Assembly (NCBI RefSeq): GCF_006345805.1
Contig: NC_043002.1
Location: 85,622,001-85,686,000, forward strand
Source: Octopus sinensis
Taxonomy: Eukaryota
Direction of reading: 5' to 3'
Length of the DNA stretch: 64,000 nucleotides
The notes beneath the pieces were generated by a model. It had not been told where the DNA came from. It did no database searches and saw nothing but the letters and a program-made list of their open reading frames with translations. Below are positions 37,946 through 51,237 of this stretch, piece by piece; position 1 is the stretch's first letter; every line of letters starts with the position of its first letter. The translations under genes and the position numbers were made by a program.

Positions 37946-38771
37946 TACATACATACATACATACATACATACATACATACATACATACATACATACATGC
38001 ATATATACATACATACATACCGTGTTGTTGATGTTGAAATTCCAATGAAGGAAACTTGGATCTAGGTTAGAAACCAGCTCTTTCTTTATTGGTAAGAAAT
38101 CTTGAAATATACTGAATAATTACATACACACACACATACATACATACATACATACATACATACATACATACATACATACATACATACATACATACATACA
38201 TACATACATACATACATACATACATACATACATACATACATACATACATACATACATGTATGCATGCATACATATGTACATATAAACATGCGTGCATGCA
38301 TACATATGTACATATACACATGCATGCATGTGTGCATACATGCATGCATGCATGCATATGTACATATAAACATGCATGCATGTGTGCATACATACACACA
38401 TATATACATGCAAGCATGCACACATACATACATGCATACATATATACATGCATACATACATATTGACAGACATGCATGCAGACACATAGACAGAATGGAA
38501 GAGGGAGAGAGAGAGAGAGGGAGAAAGAGAGGCAGATACATGTATCCATCCATTAATCATACATAAATAAATATGCATAAACATACATGCATGCATACAT
38601 ACAGATATTACATACAGACAAACTGGCAACCATAGATATGGACACAACTTAAGATATCATGGGAGTGTTATAGAGAAAGGTAGATTTATATAATAACTGA
38701 TTACTTTATAGCAATCAATGGCATCAAGTTTCCATCCAGTAGAGATCCTGATGTATTTAACTATAATAATG

Positions 38772-38837
<66 letters not shown>

Positions 38838-39049
38838 CTCTTTCATCCTTTCTGTCTGTCTGAATTTCTCTCTCTCCCTTATATTCTTTCTTTGCATCTC
38901 TCTCTTTCTCTCTTGCACCTTCTCGCTATCTCTCTTTCTCTGTCTCACTACCTCGCTCCATCTCTGTCTGTCTGTCTCTCTCTCTCTCTCTCAGCTTCCT
39001 ATTTTGTCATCTACCCTAGTCATCCATCAATAGCTTCCTGTACCTGAAA

Positions 39050-39062
39050 TTATTCCACCACC

Positions 39063-39094
<32 letters not shown>

Positions 39095-40540
39095 CAACAA
39101 CAACACATTCACCACTATCATTCACCACCATCATCATCACCACCTCTTTACCACCACCACCGTCAAGACAACCACCATCAATATAACCACCACCACCACC
39201 ACCATGACTATCACCGACAACAAAAATAACAATACCCAACACTAAAACCACCATCACTATCAGCACTACCACTACCAACAACAACAACAGCAACAACAGC
39301 ACCCAACAACAACAACAACAACACCATACACACTTGATGGCATTTACCATCCAATCTTGAATCTTCAAATACTCTCTTTAAACATGTACTTGGCTTTTAT
39401 TCAGCATCTTTTTCACTGAACTTCCTCTCAAACACAGTGATAAGGTCTTTCCCTTCCCCAACGTCAGCATCTCTTCTTCTAGCTTTCTCTCCCTTCTTCT
39501 CCCACCTCTTTGCTCTTTCTTTCTTCTCTTCTTTTTTTGTATTAACTGTGCTTCTCTTTACTCTCTTCCTCTCTTTATCTTTGTCCTTACCTTTCTCTCT
39601 ACCTCTTTTTCAATATCAATTATTTGATATTTATCTTTATCTTCTCCTCAATCAGTCTTTTTCTCTCTCTCTCTTCTTCTCTGCCTCTCTCTCCATTTTG
39701 CTCTCTGTCTATCTCCCTCTATTTATCTCCCTTTTTCTCTGTTTTTCTTTCTCTGCCGCTCTCTACATTTTTCTCTCTGTTTCTCCCTCTCTATTTCTCT
39801 CTCTTTTTCTCTGTCTCTCTCCCTTTTTCTCTGTCTCTCTCCTTCTCTGCCTCTCTCTCCATTTTTCTCTCTGTCTCTCCCTCTCTCTTTATCTCCCTGG
39901 TTCTCTCTGTCTCTCTTCTGCCTCTCTCCATTTTTCTCTCTGTCCCTCCCTCTCTATTTCACTCCATTTTTCTCTTTGTTTCACCTCTCTCCCTCTCTCC
40001 ATTTTTCTCTCTGTTTCTCCTCTCTCCCTCTCTCCATTTTTCTCTCTGTTTCTCCTCTCTCCCTCTCTCCATTTTTCTCTCTGTCTTTCCCTTGCTATTT
40101 TCCCCCTTATTTCTCTCTGTCTCTCCCTCTTTACCTTACTTCAGTTCTGTGTCTTTTTCTCACTTTCCTGTCTCTCTTTTCTATATCTTTCTTTCTCTCT
40201 ATCTCTCCCACCCTTTCTCTCTCTTCTCTCATTATCTCCCTCACACAATCTTTTACTCTCCTCTCTCCCTCACACAATCTTTTACCTCTCTCTCTCTTCT
40301 CTCCTTATCTCTCCTCCCTCTCCCTCACACAATCTTTTACTTTTCTCTTTCTTCTCTCCTTATCTCTCCTATTTTTCCCTCACACAATCTTTCACCTTTC
40401 TCTCTCTTTTCTCCTTATCTCTCCTCTCTCTTCTCTCCTTATCTCTCCTCTCTCTTCCTCACACAATCTTTCACCTTTCTCTCTCTTCTCTCCTTATCTC
40501 TCCTCTCTCCTCTTCAGACAATCTTTTACCTTTCTCTCTT
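39050..40540 (+). repeat. (CAC/CAA)n array (about 39050-39330) and about 1.1-kb polypyrimidine tract with internal repeats (about 39440-40540)
   Basis: Recurrent ccatttttctctctgt and ctcacacaatctttta motifs. Confidence 0.9.
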
Positions 40541-40963
40541 TAAGTAATCATTATCAATACTGTCACCATTATCATCATCATCACCTTCATTGCCATTATC
40601 GTTCATGTTGTCGTCATCACTTAGATTATCGTTGTCAAGGGACTATTTTCGTCATCGTCTTGGAGAATTCCATGCTTCTATCCATTTATATATCTATTTA
40701 TTTGTCTATCAATCAATTAATTTATCTATCTATCTTTATCTGTCTGCCAATGTATGAATGTGCCTGTCTGCCTGTGTATCTAACTATCCATCTAGCTGAG
40801 TGGCAATCTATTAGTGTAGCTATTTATCTGGCTATCTCTCTGTATGTCTATCTATTAGTCAGTTTTTCTACTGGTCTGTCTGTTTACCACATCTATGCAC
40901 AGACCTTCTTCTTCTTTCTCACTTTTCCTTTCTCTCCTCTTATGTGTGCAGACTTACCCTAGG

Positions 40964-40995
<32 letters not shown>

Positions 40996-41025
40996 TATAT
41001 ATAGGGTATATATATATATATACAT

Positions 41026-41743
41026 ACAAAATAAGAAAATAGAGGAATAGATTCCTTTCAATCATCAACTTACAGATAATACCAATTCATATAATTTATT
41101 AACTAATTAAATAGGAACATCCAAATTCATTCTGTAACTAAGCTCTTTAATGTAGTGGTCCCTAGTTGGTATGGGCACATCCTTCATTGGTGAATTGATC
41201 CAAATCTTCTCCATTTTACCAGCAGTAATCATCCTGTGGAATTGATGTACTATACTTGGATGCATTCACTTATACCATCAACGCTTAAAGCATTGAATAG
41301 ATACTTCATGTACATAAGTATTGGCAATGCAAATTCCTCAGAAAATTAACTTAAAAGTACAAAGTGAGATAGGGGTTATGAGTGTAACCCACTATGGGAT
41401 ATCAGTTATCCAATATACTGCCAGTGAAGTACCCATACCAACTAGGGACCACTACATTAAAGAGCTTATTTACAGAATGAATTTGGATGTTCCTATTTAA
41501 TTAGTTAATAAATTATATGAATTGGTATTATCTGTAAGTTGATGATTGAAAGGAATCTATTACTCCATTTTCTTATTTTGTATTTTGAATTTGAGGTTAA
41601 ACATTTTACCTTCACCCATCTAATACAATAAATGAACTAACTGCATTGCAATTGTAAGCATTTATGTATTTGCCTTTTGGGTACTTCACTGGCAGTATAT
41701 TGGATAACTGATATCCCATAGTGGGTTACACTCATAACCCCAA
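41026..41743. mobile_element. Nested inverted-repeat structure, probably Penelope-like terminal repeats
   Basis: 41026-41175 vs 41432-41581 (about 150 nt, 3 mismatches); 41372-41435 vs about 41678-41741 (about 64 nt). Confidence 0.65.
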
Positions 41744-41854
41744 CCTCACTTTATATATATATCATCATCATCATCATCATTTAATGTCTGCTTTCCAAAC
41801 TGGCATGGGTTGGTATATATGCATATTATGCATATATGTATATATTCTTTTATT

Positions 41855-42850
41855 CTTTAAATTGTTTCAGTCATTTGACTGCGGCCAAACAAAGAAATCA
41901 AGCCCAGGACTTATTCTTCGTATGCCTAGTACTTGTTCTATTGGTTTCTTTTGCCAAACTGCTAAGTTATGGAAGTGCAAACATACCTACACGGGTTGTC
42001 AAGTGATGTAGGGAAGGCAAACACAGGCACAAAGACACAAATGCATAAATACACGCGCACACACACACACACACACCACACACACACACACATAAATAAT
42101 ATATATATGTCACCAACAGTAAACAACATGAAATACGAAAACAAATGAGTTCAATATGCAAACAATGAGAGAAACAAATGGAAAACAGGACAAGTAACAC
42201 AAAGAACAACCCTTCATCAGTTGTCGGCTGTCTATCTACTCCTCATTACGAGCACTGAACAACAATATGTCCCACTGCATGGCACCTTGGGCAAGTGTCT
42301 TCTACTATAGCCTTCGTTTGACCAAAAGTTTGTGAGTGGATTTGGTGGATGGAAATTGAAAGAAGCCTGCAGTGTATGTGTGTTTTTGATTGTCTCACCA
42401 ACACCAACACCACCATCTGTTTCTTTGCTACCCACAAGGGGCTACACACAGAGGGGACAAACAAGGACAGACAAATGGATCAACTCGATTACAGAGACCC
42501 CAGTGCGTAACTGGTACTTAATTTATCGACCCCATAAGGACGAAAGGCAAAGTCGACCTCAGCGGAATTTGAACTCAGAACGTAAGGACAGACGAAATAC
42601 GGCTATGCATTTCGCCCGGCGTGCTAACGTTTCTGCCAGCTTGCCGCCTTACACCAACACCACCATCACCACCCAACAACCAGTGTTGATGTGCTTATGT
42701 CTCCATAACATAGCAGTTCAGCAAAAGAGACTGATAGAATAAGTATCAGGCTTAATAAAATGTACTGGGGTTGATTCGCTTGACTGAAATTTTTGAAGGG
42801 ACTGCCCCAGCATGACCACATTATAATGACTGAATCAAGTAAAAGATTTA
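41855..42850. mobile_element. Nested SINEs: family A (-, about 41855-42365), family B1 (-, about 42415-42650), family A 3' half (+, about 42680-42850)
   Basis: Family motifs. Confidence 0.7.
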
Positions 42851-43009
42851 TGCATATATATGTGTGTGTATATGTATGTATATATATATGTACGTGTGTG
42901 TGTATATATATATGGATGTATATAAAAGTGTACATGTATATATGTGTATATATGTATACATGTATATATATATGTGTGTGTGTGTGTGACATATTTATAT
43001 TTATATGTG

Positions 43010-43040
<31 letters not shown>

Positions 43041-43198
43041 CTATATATGTATGTGTGTGTGTAGAGGTGCAATAGCCCAGTGGTTAGGGCAGCGGACTCG
43101 CAGTCGTAGAATCACGATATCGATTCCTAGAATATATATATACACATATATATATAATTTATATTATATATATATATATATATATACACATATATATA

Positions 43199-43229
<31 letters not shown>

Positions 43230-43399
43230 CCTGATAATTTCTTTTAAGTCCTTATTAAGAAGTTATCCTTAATTGTTAAATATATTTTATATATATACAC
43301 ATATAATATATATTTATATATATATATATACACAATATATATATTTATATATATATATATATAATATATATATATAAACATATATATATATATTTATAT

Positions 43400-43805
43400 A
43401 TATATATACACATATCATCATCATCATCGTTTAGCGTCCGTTCCATGCTAGCATGGGTTGGACGGTTCTACTGGGGTCTGTGAAGCCAGAAGGCTTCATC
43501 AGGCCTAGTCAAATCTGGCAGTGTTCTACGGCTGGATGCCCTTCCTAACACCAACCCACTCGAGAGTGTAGTGGGTGCTTTTTACGTGCCACCCGCACAG
43601 GTGCCAGACAGAGCTGGCAAACGGCCACGAACGGATGGTGCTTTTTATGTGCCACCGGCACGGGGGCCAGGCGAGGCTGGCAACGGACACGAAACGGGGT
43701 GGTGCTGGCAACGGTCGTGAAACGGAAGGTTCTCTTACATGCCACCAGCACTGGTAACACATCTGCAATTTCCATTGATCGATTTCCATTGATCGATTTC
43801 GATTC
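43400..43805 (-). mobile_element. RTE 3' UTR-type element with GC-rich repeat units
   Basis: Same structure as 13262-13615 and 45293-45955. Confidence 0.8.
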
Positions 43806-43871
43806 TGATATATATATATTTATATATATATATATATACACATATATATATATATTTATATATATATATAT

Positions 43872-44592
43872 AGAGTAGGGTGCTCAGCACGCAGGCTCGG
43901 TACATTGCGATCTTGGTGGTTATTGTGAGCACCCTACTCTACGGCAGCGAGAGCTGGACAACATACACCCGGCAAGAATGCCGCCTCAGCGGCTTCCACA
44001 TGCGGTGTCTTCGACGGATCCTTGGCATCTCCTGGAAGGACCGAGTACCAAACGGAGTCATCCTAGAACAGACTAATATGCCAAGCATGCATGCCCTCCT
44101 CGTGCGGAGACGACTGTGCTGGCTCGGACACGTCTTCCACATGCAGGATGGTCGCATGCCTAAAGACATCCTGTACAGCGAACTCACCACGGGATCCCGA
44201 CCCAAGGGACGTCCACAGCTACGATACAGGGATGTGTGCAAGCGCGACCTGAGGACTGCCAACATCTGTGTGGACACGTGGGAGGTAACAGCTGCTGACC
44301 GCTCTGCCTGGCGTCGGACAGTAAGGAAAGGCATTTCCATGGCTGAGGAAAGGAGAGCACAGCTGTGGTCGGACAGGCAGGACAGGAGGAAGACAACTGC
44401 AGCAACACCCCACACGTACCCATCGATGTTCGTGTGCAGCAACTGTACCAGGGACTGCCACTCTAGAATTGGACTGTTCAGTCACAGCAAACGCTGCTCA
44501 TCATCAAAGTAGGCCCCACCCTTGGCGCGACCCATTGTCTATCAAGACAGACGGGGGAAGAAAGAAAAAAAGAAGAAAGAAAAAAAGAAGAA
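43872..44592 (+). mobile_element. 5'-truncated, 5'-inverted RTE (BovB-like) LINE with an intact ORF 3' end
   Basis: [71 protein letters not shown]; (GAA)-rich tail; inserted in (TA)n. Confidence 0.9.
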
Positions 44593-44656
<64 letters not shown>

Positions 44657-45292
44657 TATACTTATATATTATTTATATATATATGTATATATGTATATAT
44701 ATATAATGTGTGTATATATATATGTATATTATATATATATGTGTGTATATATATATGTATATTATATATATGTGTGTATATATATATGTATATGTATATA
44801 TATATATGTGTTATATATATGTATATGTATATATATATATGTGTATATATATATATATGTATATATATATATGTGTGTATATATATATATATGTATGTAT
44901 ATATATATGTATATATATGTATGTATAGGCAAGGAAAAATTATAAAATGGCAGAATGCTAAATTGAAGGTAAATTTTAATGAAAATGGGTGTAGGGAAAA
45001 TTATTAAAAATTTTTTTAAAATATTAACTCTAATTGGTTTTCGTCGCAATGCGACTTTTCAAGAATTGTAAGGTGAAAAGAAAATTTTTTTATAATTGAG
45101 GAGGGGAAAAAAAGAAAATTACATTGTTTTTTGCAAAAAAATAATAAACATATACAAAAGTTAAAAAATAGGTACACCGATACATTCTAAAGTCTTTGTG
45201 TATCCCAATTTCAATGATAGTCCTTGGAAAAGTTACCTTGGAGGATTAAGATCCATGTGAATAAATCCATGTGGTGTTTAATTCAGGATGTT

Positions 45293-46915
45293 TGTCATCA
45301 TCATCATCATCATCATCATTTAGTGTCCATTTTCCATGCTAGCATGGGTTGGACGGTTTAACTGGGGTCTGTGAAGCCGGAAGGCTTCATCAGGCCCAGT
45401 CAGATTTGGCAGTCTTTCTACGGCTGGATGCCCTTCCTAACGCCAACCACTCCATGAGTGTAGTGGGTGCTTTTTACGTGCCACCTGTACAGGTGCCAGA
45501 CAGAGCTGGCAAACGGCCACGAACAGATGGTGTTTTTTTCGTGCCACCGGCACGGGGGCCGGGCGAGGCTGGCAACGGACACAAGCGGATGGTGCTTTTA
45601 CATGCCAATGGCACGGGGGCCAGGCGAGGCTGGCAACGGACATGAACGGATGGTGCTTTTACGTGCTACCGGCACGGGGGCCAGACGAGGCTGGCAATGG
45701 ACACGAGGAGATGGTGCTTTTATGTGCCAACAGCACGGGGGGGGGCCAGGTGGGGCTGGCAACGGACACGAATGGATGGTGCTTTTACGTGCTACCAGCA
45801 CGGGGGCCAGGCGAGGCTGGCAACGGACACGAGCGGATGGTGCTTTTACATGCCAACGGCGCGGGGGCCAGGCGAGGCTGGCAACGGACAAACGATTGGA
45901 TGGTTCGCTTAACCACATCTGCAATTTCCACTGATGTTGATTTGGTTTGATTTTGACTGTTCTCACTGGTCTTGCCGGGTCTTCTCACGCACAGCATACT
46001 TCCATAGGTCTCGGTCTCTAGTCATTTCCTTGGTGAGACCTAAAGTTCGAAGGTCGTGCTTCACCACCTCGTCCCAGGTTTTCCTGGGTCTACCTCTTCC
46101 ACAGGTTCCCTCAACTGCTAGAGTGTGGCACTTTTGCACACAACTATCTTCACCCATTCTCGTCACATGCCCATACCAGCGCAGACGTCTCTCTTGCACA
46201 CCACAACTGATGCTTCTTAGGTTCACTTTTCTCTCAAGGTACTTACACTCTGTCGATTATGAACACTGACATTACACATCCATCGGAGCATACTGGCTTC
46301 ATTTCTTGCGAGCTTACGCATATCCTCAGCAGTCACAGCCCATGTTTCACTACCATATAGCATGGCTGTACGTACACATGCATCATACAGTCTGCCTTTT
46401 ACTCTGAGCGAGAGGCCTTTTGTCACCAGCAGAGGTAAGAGCTCCCACTACTGACTTGGTCACCAAGATAACGGAAGCTATCAACTACTTCTAGTTTTAC
46501 CCCCTGGAAAGTGACGGAAGTTGTTTTCTGCAGACTTTCAGATGTTAATGCTCCCGAGCATCTGCCACATACAAAAACCATCTTCCTAGTTAGCCTTCCT
46601 TTGACATTGCTGCACCTCTTATGTGTCCATAGCTTACACTTGGTGCATCTTATAGAGTTTCTACCTACACCTTTTCTACAGATCGAGCAAGGCCATCTAC
46701 CTGAAGGCGTTTGTGATTTGTCTACCTTCCTACTTATTACGACTTTGGTTTTAGCTAGATTGACTCTAAGGCCCTTTGATCCTAAACCTTGCTTCCACAC
46801 CTGAAGCTTCTCCTCTCAGTTCTGATAGTGACTCAGCAATTAGAGCAAGGTCATCAGCATATAGGAGCTCCCAGGGGCATCCTGCTGAATCTCCTTCCTC
46901 CGTTGTTGCCTGGAG
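45293..46915 (-). mobile_element. 5'-truncated RTE-clade LINE with Cys-rich insertion after the RT core and a repeat-containing 3' UTR
   Basis: WELLYADDLAL (about 46840-46880); WPCSICRKGVGRNSIRCTKCKLWTHKRC; MLYGSETW; RRLRWYGHV; GRGRPRKTW; (GAT)n tail; internal deletion at about 46445. Confidence 0.9.
45478..45905. repeat. 61-bp GC-rich minisatellite, about 7 units, in the RTE 3' UTR
   Basis: Units start at 45541, 45602, 45663, 45724, 45789 and 45850. Confidence 0.95.
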
Positions 46916-46964
46916 GACTATTATATATAATATATATATATATTTATATTATATATATTATATA

Positions 46965-47013
<49 letters not shown>

Positions 47014-47047
47014 ATATATATATATATAATATATATATATATATATA

Positions 47048-47094
<47 letters not shown>

Positions 47095-47144
47095 TATTAT
47101 ATATATATTTATATATATATATATATATTGTATATATATATATT

Positions 47145-47177
<33 letters not shown>

Positions 47178-47183
47178 ATATAA

Positions 47184-47228
<45 letters not shown>

Positions 47229-47240
47229 TTATATATATAT

Positions 47241-47275
<35 letters not shown>

Positions 47276-47382
47276 TTATATATATATATAATTTATATAT
47301 ATGATATTTATATATATATTTATATATATATATATATTTATAATATATATATATATATAATTATATATATCATATATATATA

Positions 47383-50025
47383 AAGAATGCCTCAACCATT
47401 AGCTTTATTCACAGTGCATTCTAGCAACATCATGATGGGAGACTTCAATCTATCCTGTGTTGACTGGACTACAAACTGTTTGAAACCAAGCACTCCCGCC
47501 TCAACCGCTGACAAAGAAGCAGCAGAGTCACTTTTCGACTTTACGAATGAGTTTTTCTTGTCTCAACTTGTCCTTGCGCACCAACAAGACATCAGAACAT
47601 TTGGACCTAGTGTTTAGTAACCACACTAACACTATACATAACGTTACAGTGGAAAAAACCCTTCTTTCAGACATGACATGGTTCTCTGTAACATGAAATT
47701 CCACCAGCCGAAAGCTAATCCTAGTGACCTTCCTCCAGCCCACCCATTTGACAACATGGATCTCCATAATGCCAACTGGGATGCAATCAGGAACGAGCTA
47801 TCACATGTTGACTGGTCCTTTACATATACACACATCTCACCAACCATAAAACATCTTGGCAGATCTTTGTAGACACCGTCACAGACATATGTGCAAAACA
47901 CTCCCACCAAGACCTGTGAACAAAAAGTGCAGAATCCCCCAAAACAGAAAAACCATTATCAGAAAAATAAAAGAACAAACAAAAAAATTAACAATAAAGT
48001 ACTGCCAACAGCAACACACCCATTCGACGGCTATCGCACTGCTTGAATCCAAAAAATATAACCTCCAACAATGCATGAAGACCCTCATCAATAACCAAAG
48101 ATCAGCTGAGGAGAAGTGGGCCATTGAAAAAATCAAACTCAACCCCAAAGTGTTCTTTTCATTTGCGAGGAAACCAGGGGTCACTGTCTCCACTGTAGGC
48201 CCTCTAATTGACGAAACTGGCACTCTCCAAGATAATGCCAAATCCATGGCCGAGATACTGCAGAAACAATACTGCTCTGTTTTCAGCAATCCTGATATGG
48301 CCGATCTGGGCTGTATCAGTGATGTCAACCCCCAACACACTATATCGGACATAACATTTAGTGCCCTGATGTCTTAGCGGCGATAAACGAAATAAAACAC
48401 ATTCAGCAGTAGGCCCCGATAGGTTCCCTGCTTGTGTCCTGAAGGTGTGTCGACACCAACTTGCATCTCCCCTTGCTAATCTGTGGAGAAACTCACTGGA
48501 TGCTGGCTATATTCCAAAAAACCTTCTGTCCCAGTCTGTTGTCCCAGTTTTCAAAAAGGGAAACAAGTCCTTGCAGTGAATTACCGTCCGATCTCACTCA
48601 CCTCTCATATCATCAAGGTATTTGAGAGGGTGGTGAGATCTCGAATAACCCAATTTCTGGAAAGCAACAGACGGCTGATCTCCAACCAACATGGGTTCCG
48701 TAATGGAAGGGACTGCCTAACGCAGCTCCTGGATCACTTTGAGGACATTTTGAGAGCTTTGGGAGAGGGCTCCAACCCGATGTCATCTACCTTGATTCAG
48801 TAAGGCCTTCGACAGGGTCGATCACAAGATCCTATTGAAAAAACTATCCAACATTGGTGTCTCTGGAAAGTTACTGAAATGGATCAAGTGTTTCCTGACA
48901 GACAGATCTCAACATGTTGTAGTTGAAGGGGTAAAATCAAGCCCAGCCAAAGTCAGTAGTGGCGTTCCGCAAGGCACTGTGCTGGGCCCACTTCTTTTCA
49001 TCATTTACCTTAATGACATTAATGACATCATCAAGCACAGCAACATAAAAATCTTTGCAGATGACTCCAAGCTACAGAAGGTCATAATGAGGCGAGTGAC
49101 CGGACATGCCTTCAGTCAGATCTACTGGCTGTTATCCAATGGACAGAAAAAAACAATATGCTGCTGAACGAGGATAAATTTGAGCTAATCCACTTTGGAA
49201 AAGAGGATGCCTGAAGCTCCCATACTCCCTTCCGTCAGGTGAAACTCTCGCGGCGTCCAACAACATCAGAGACCTGGGAGTAATTGTGGACAACAACATA
49301 AGCTGGGCCACTCATATAAACACCAAAGTTGACATGGCCCAGCAGAAGTGTTCCTGGATTCTCAGAACTTTCCAGTCGAGAGATATCCACACCATTATCC
49401 TTCTCTTCTCCACTTTTGCCGACCCCACCTTGAATACTGTTGTCCACTGTGGTCCCCCACACAATACAAGGTATCATAAAAGTTGAAGCACCTCAAAGGG
49501 CAATCACAAAAAAGATAGATGGCATGACAGGCCTCGACTATTGGGGTCGACTAGAAAAGCTAAAACTCTATTCTCTCCAACGTCGTCGTGAGCACTACAT
49601 CATCTGCATGATGTGGAAAATATTCCATCAGCATTGCCCAAATGATGTTGGCATCACCTTAAGGTACATCCAAGGCTTGGGCCCCGTGCCATCCGCCCAA
49701 AACAAAAATTGCACTCTCATCTCATAACAACAATATGGCACAATTATTTCACCTCAATTGGCCCCGCTCTCTTAACATTACACCAAAACACATTAAAACA
49801 GAAACTGACCCTATAGGGTTCAAGAAGTCTTTGGACAGATTCCTTCAAGAAATCCCGGATAAACCCCCTACACCCGGATATGTCCTCTGTAAACAATAAC
49901 TCTCTACTTGAGTGGGCCATAGTGCCCAAATTCTGACTTGAAAGACTTCACCAGGTGGTGCTATTAAGTTAGAATGGCCTGGGCCAATAATGGCCGAAAC
50001 CTATCAAAGTATCAAAGTATCAAAG

Positions 50026-50028
<3 letters not shown>
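47383..50028 (+). mobile_element. CR1-clade LINE ORF2 (APE C-terminus plus RT), multiply frameshifted
   Basis: MGDFNLSCVDW; NYRPISLTSHIIKVFERVV; QHGFRNGRDCLTQLL; GVPQGTVLGPLLFIIYLND; IFADDSKL; (TATCAAAG)3 tail. Confidence 0.92.
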
Positions 50029-50061
<33 letters not shown>

Positions 50062-50078
50062 ATATATAATTTAATATG

Positions 50079-50109
<31 letters not shown>

Positions 50110-50405
50110 GTATATAGATAATATATATATGTATATATATATATATATATATATGTAGTATATATATATTTATATATGATTTATATATAATATATATGTA
50201 TATATATATATATATATAATGTATATAATATATATATATATATGTATTATATATATATATTTATATTATATATATATATGTATAATATGTATATGTATAT
50301 GTATATTATATATATATATATATGTATATATATGTATATGTATAGTATATATATATATATATATGTATATTAGTATATGTATATGTATTATATATATATA
50401 TATGT

Positions 50406-50436
<31 letters not shown>

Positions 50437-50508
50437 ATATGTATATGTATAATATATTGTATATGTATATATATATATATATGTGTATATGTTATGTATA
50501 TATATATG

Positions 50509-50539
<31 letters not shown>

Positions 50540-50554
50540 GTATAATATATATAG

Positions 50555-50587
<33 letters not shown>

Positions 50588-50824
50588 GTATATATATGTA
50601 TATGTATATATCTATATATATGTATTGTATCTATATATATGTATATGTTAATATTATATATGTATATGTATATATATATATGTATGTATATGTATATATA
50701 TATATATATGGATATATAATATGTATAGTATATATATATATATATATGTATATATATGTATAGTATATATATATATATGTTATATGTATATATATATTAT
50801 GTATATGTATATATATATATATGT

Positions 50825-50880
<56 letters not shown>

Positions 50881-51237
50881 GTAATGATATATATATATAT
50901 ATATGTATATTATGGATATATGTATATATATATTATATATATATGTATATATATATATATGTATATGTATATATATATATTTGTGTGTGTATATATTTAT
51001 ATGTATATGTATATATATATATGTGTGTGTATATATATATATATATGTGTGGGTATAATATATATGATATAATATATATAATATGTGTGTGTATATATAT
51101 ATATGTATATAATATAGTGTGTGTGTAATATATATATGTGTGTATATATATATGTGGTGTGTGTATATATATATATGTGTGTATATATATATGTATATAT
51201 ATACATATGTGTGTGTATATATATATATATATATATT
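50029..51237. repeat. About 1.2-kb degenerate (TA)n/(TATG)n array
   Basis: Directly visible; similar arrays at about 42850-43395, 44593-44930 and 46920-47380. Confidence 0.95.

Noticed and set aside
36533-38647. Long ORFs of 150-350 aa (HTYI/MYVC repeats)
   Set aside because: Translations of (CATA)n satellite; no coding complexity. The same applies to the YI/CV/LS-repeat ORFs at 21-23, 39-40, 44.5-45 and 50-51 kb.
42195-42255. CTGATGA (minus) in an unclassified repeat
   Set aside because: No compatible GAAA and stem arrangement found.
45380-45400. CTGATGA followed by a short stem (minus) in RTE 3' ends, also at about 43495
   Set aside because: The stem is followed by TCAC, not GAAA; other copies read CTGGTGC, so it is a sequence variant.
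45478-45905. Regular 61-bp repeats resembling a CRISPR or operator array
   Set aside because: Contiguous units with no unique spacers; eukaryotic LINE UTR minisatellite.
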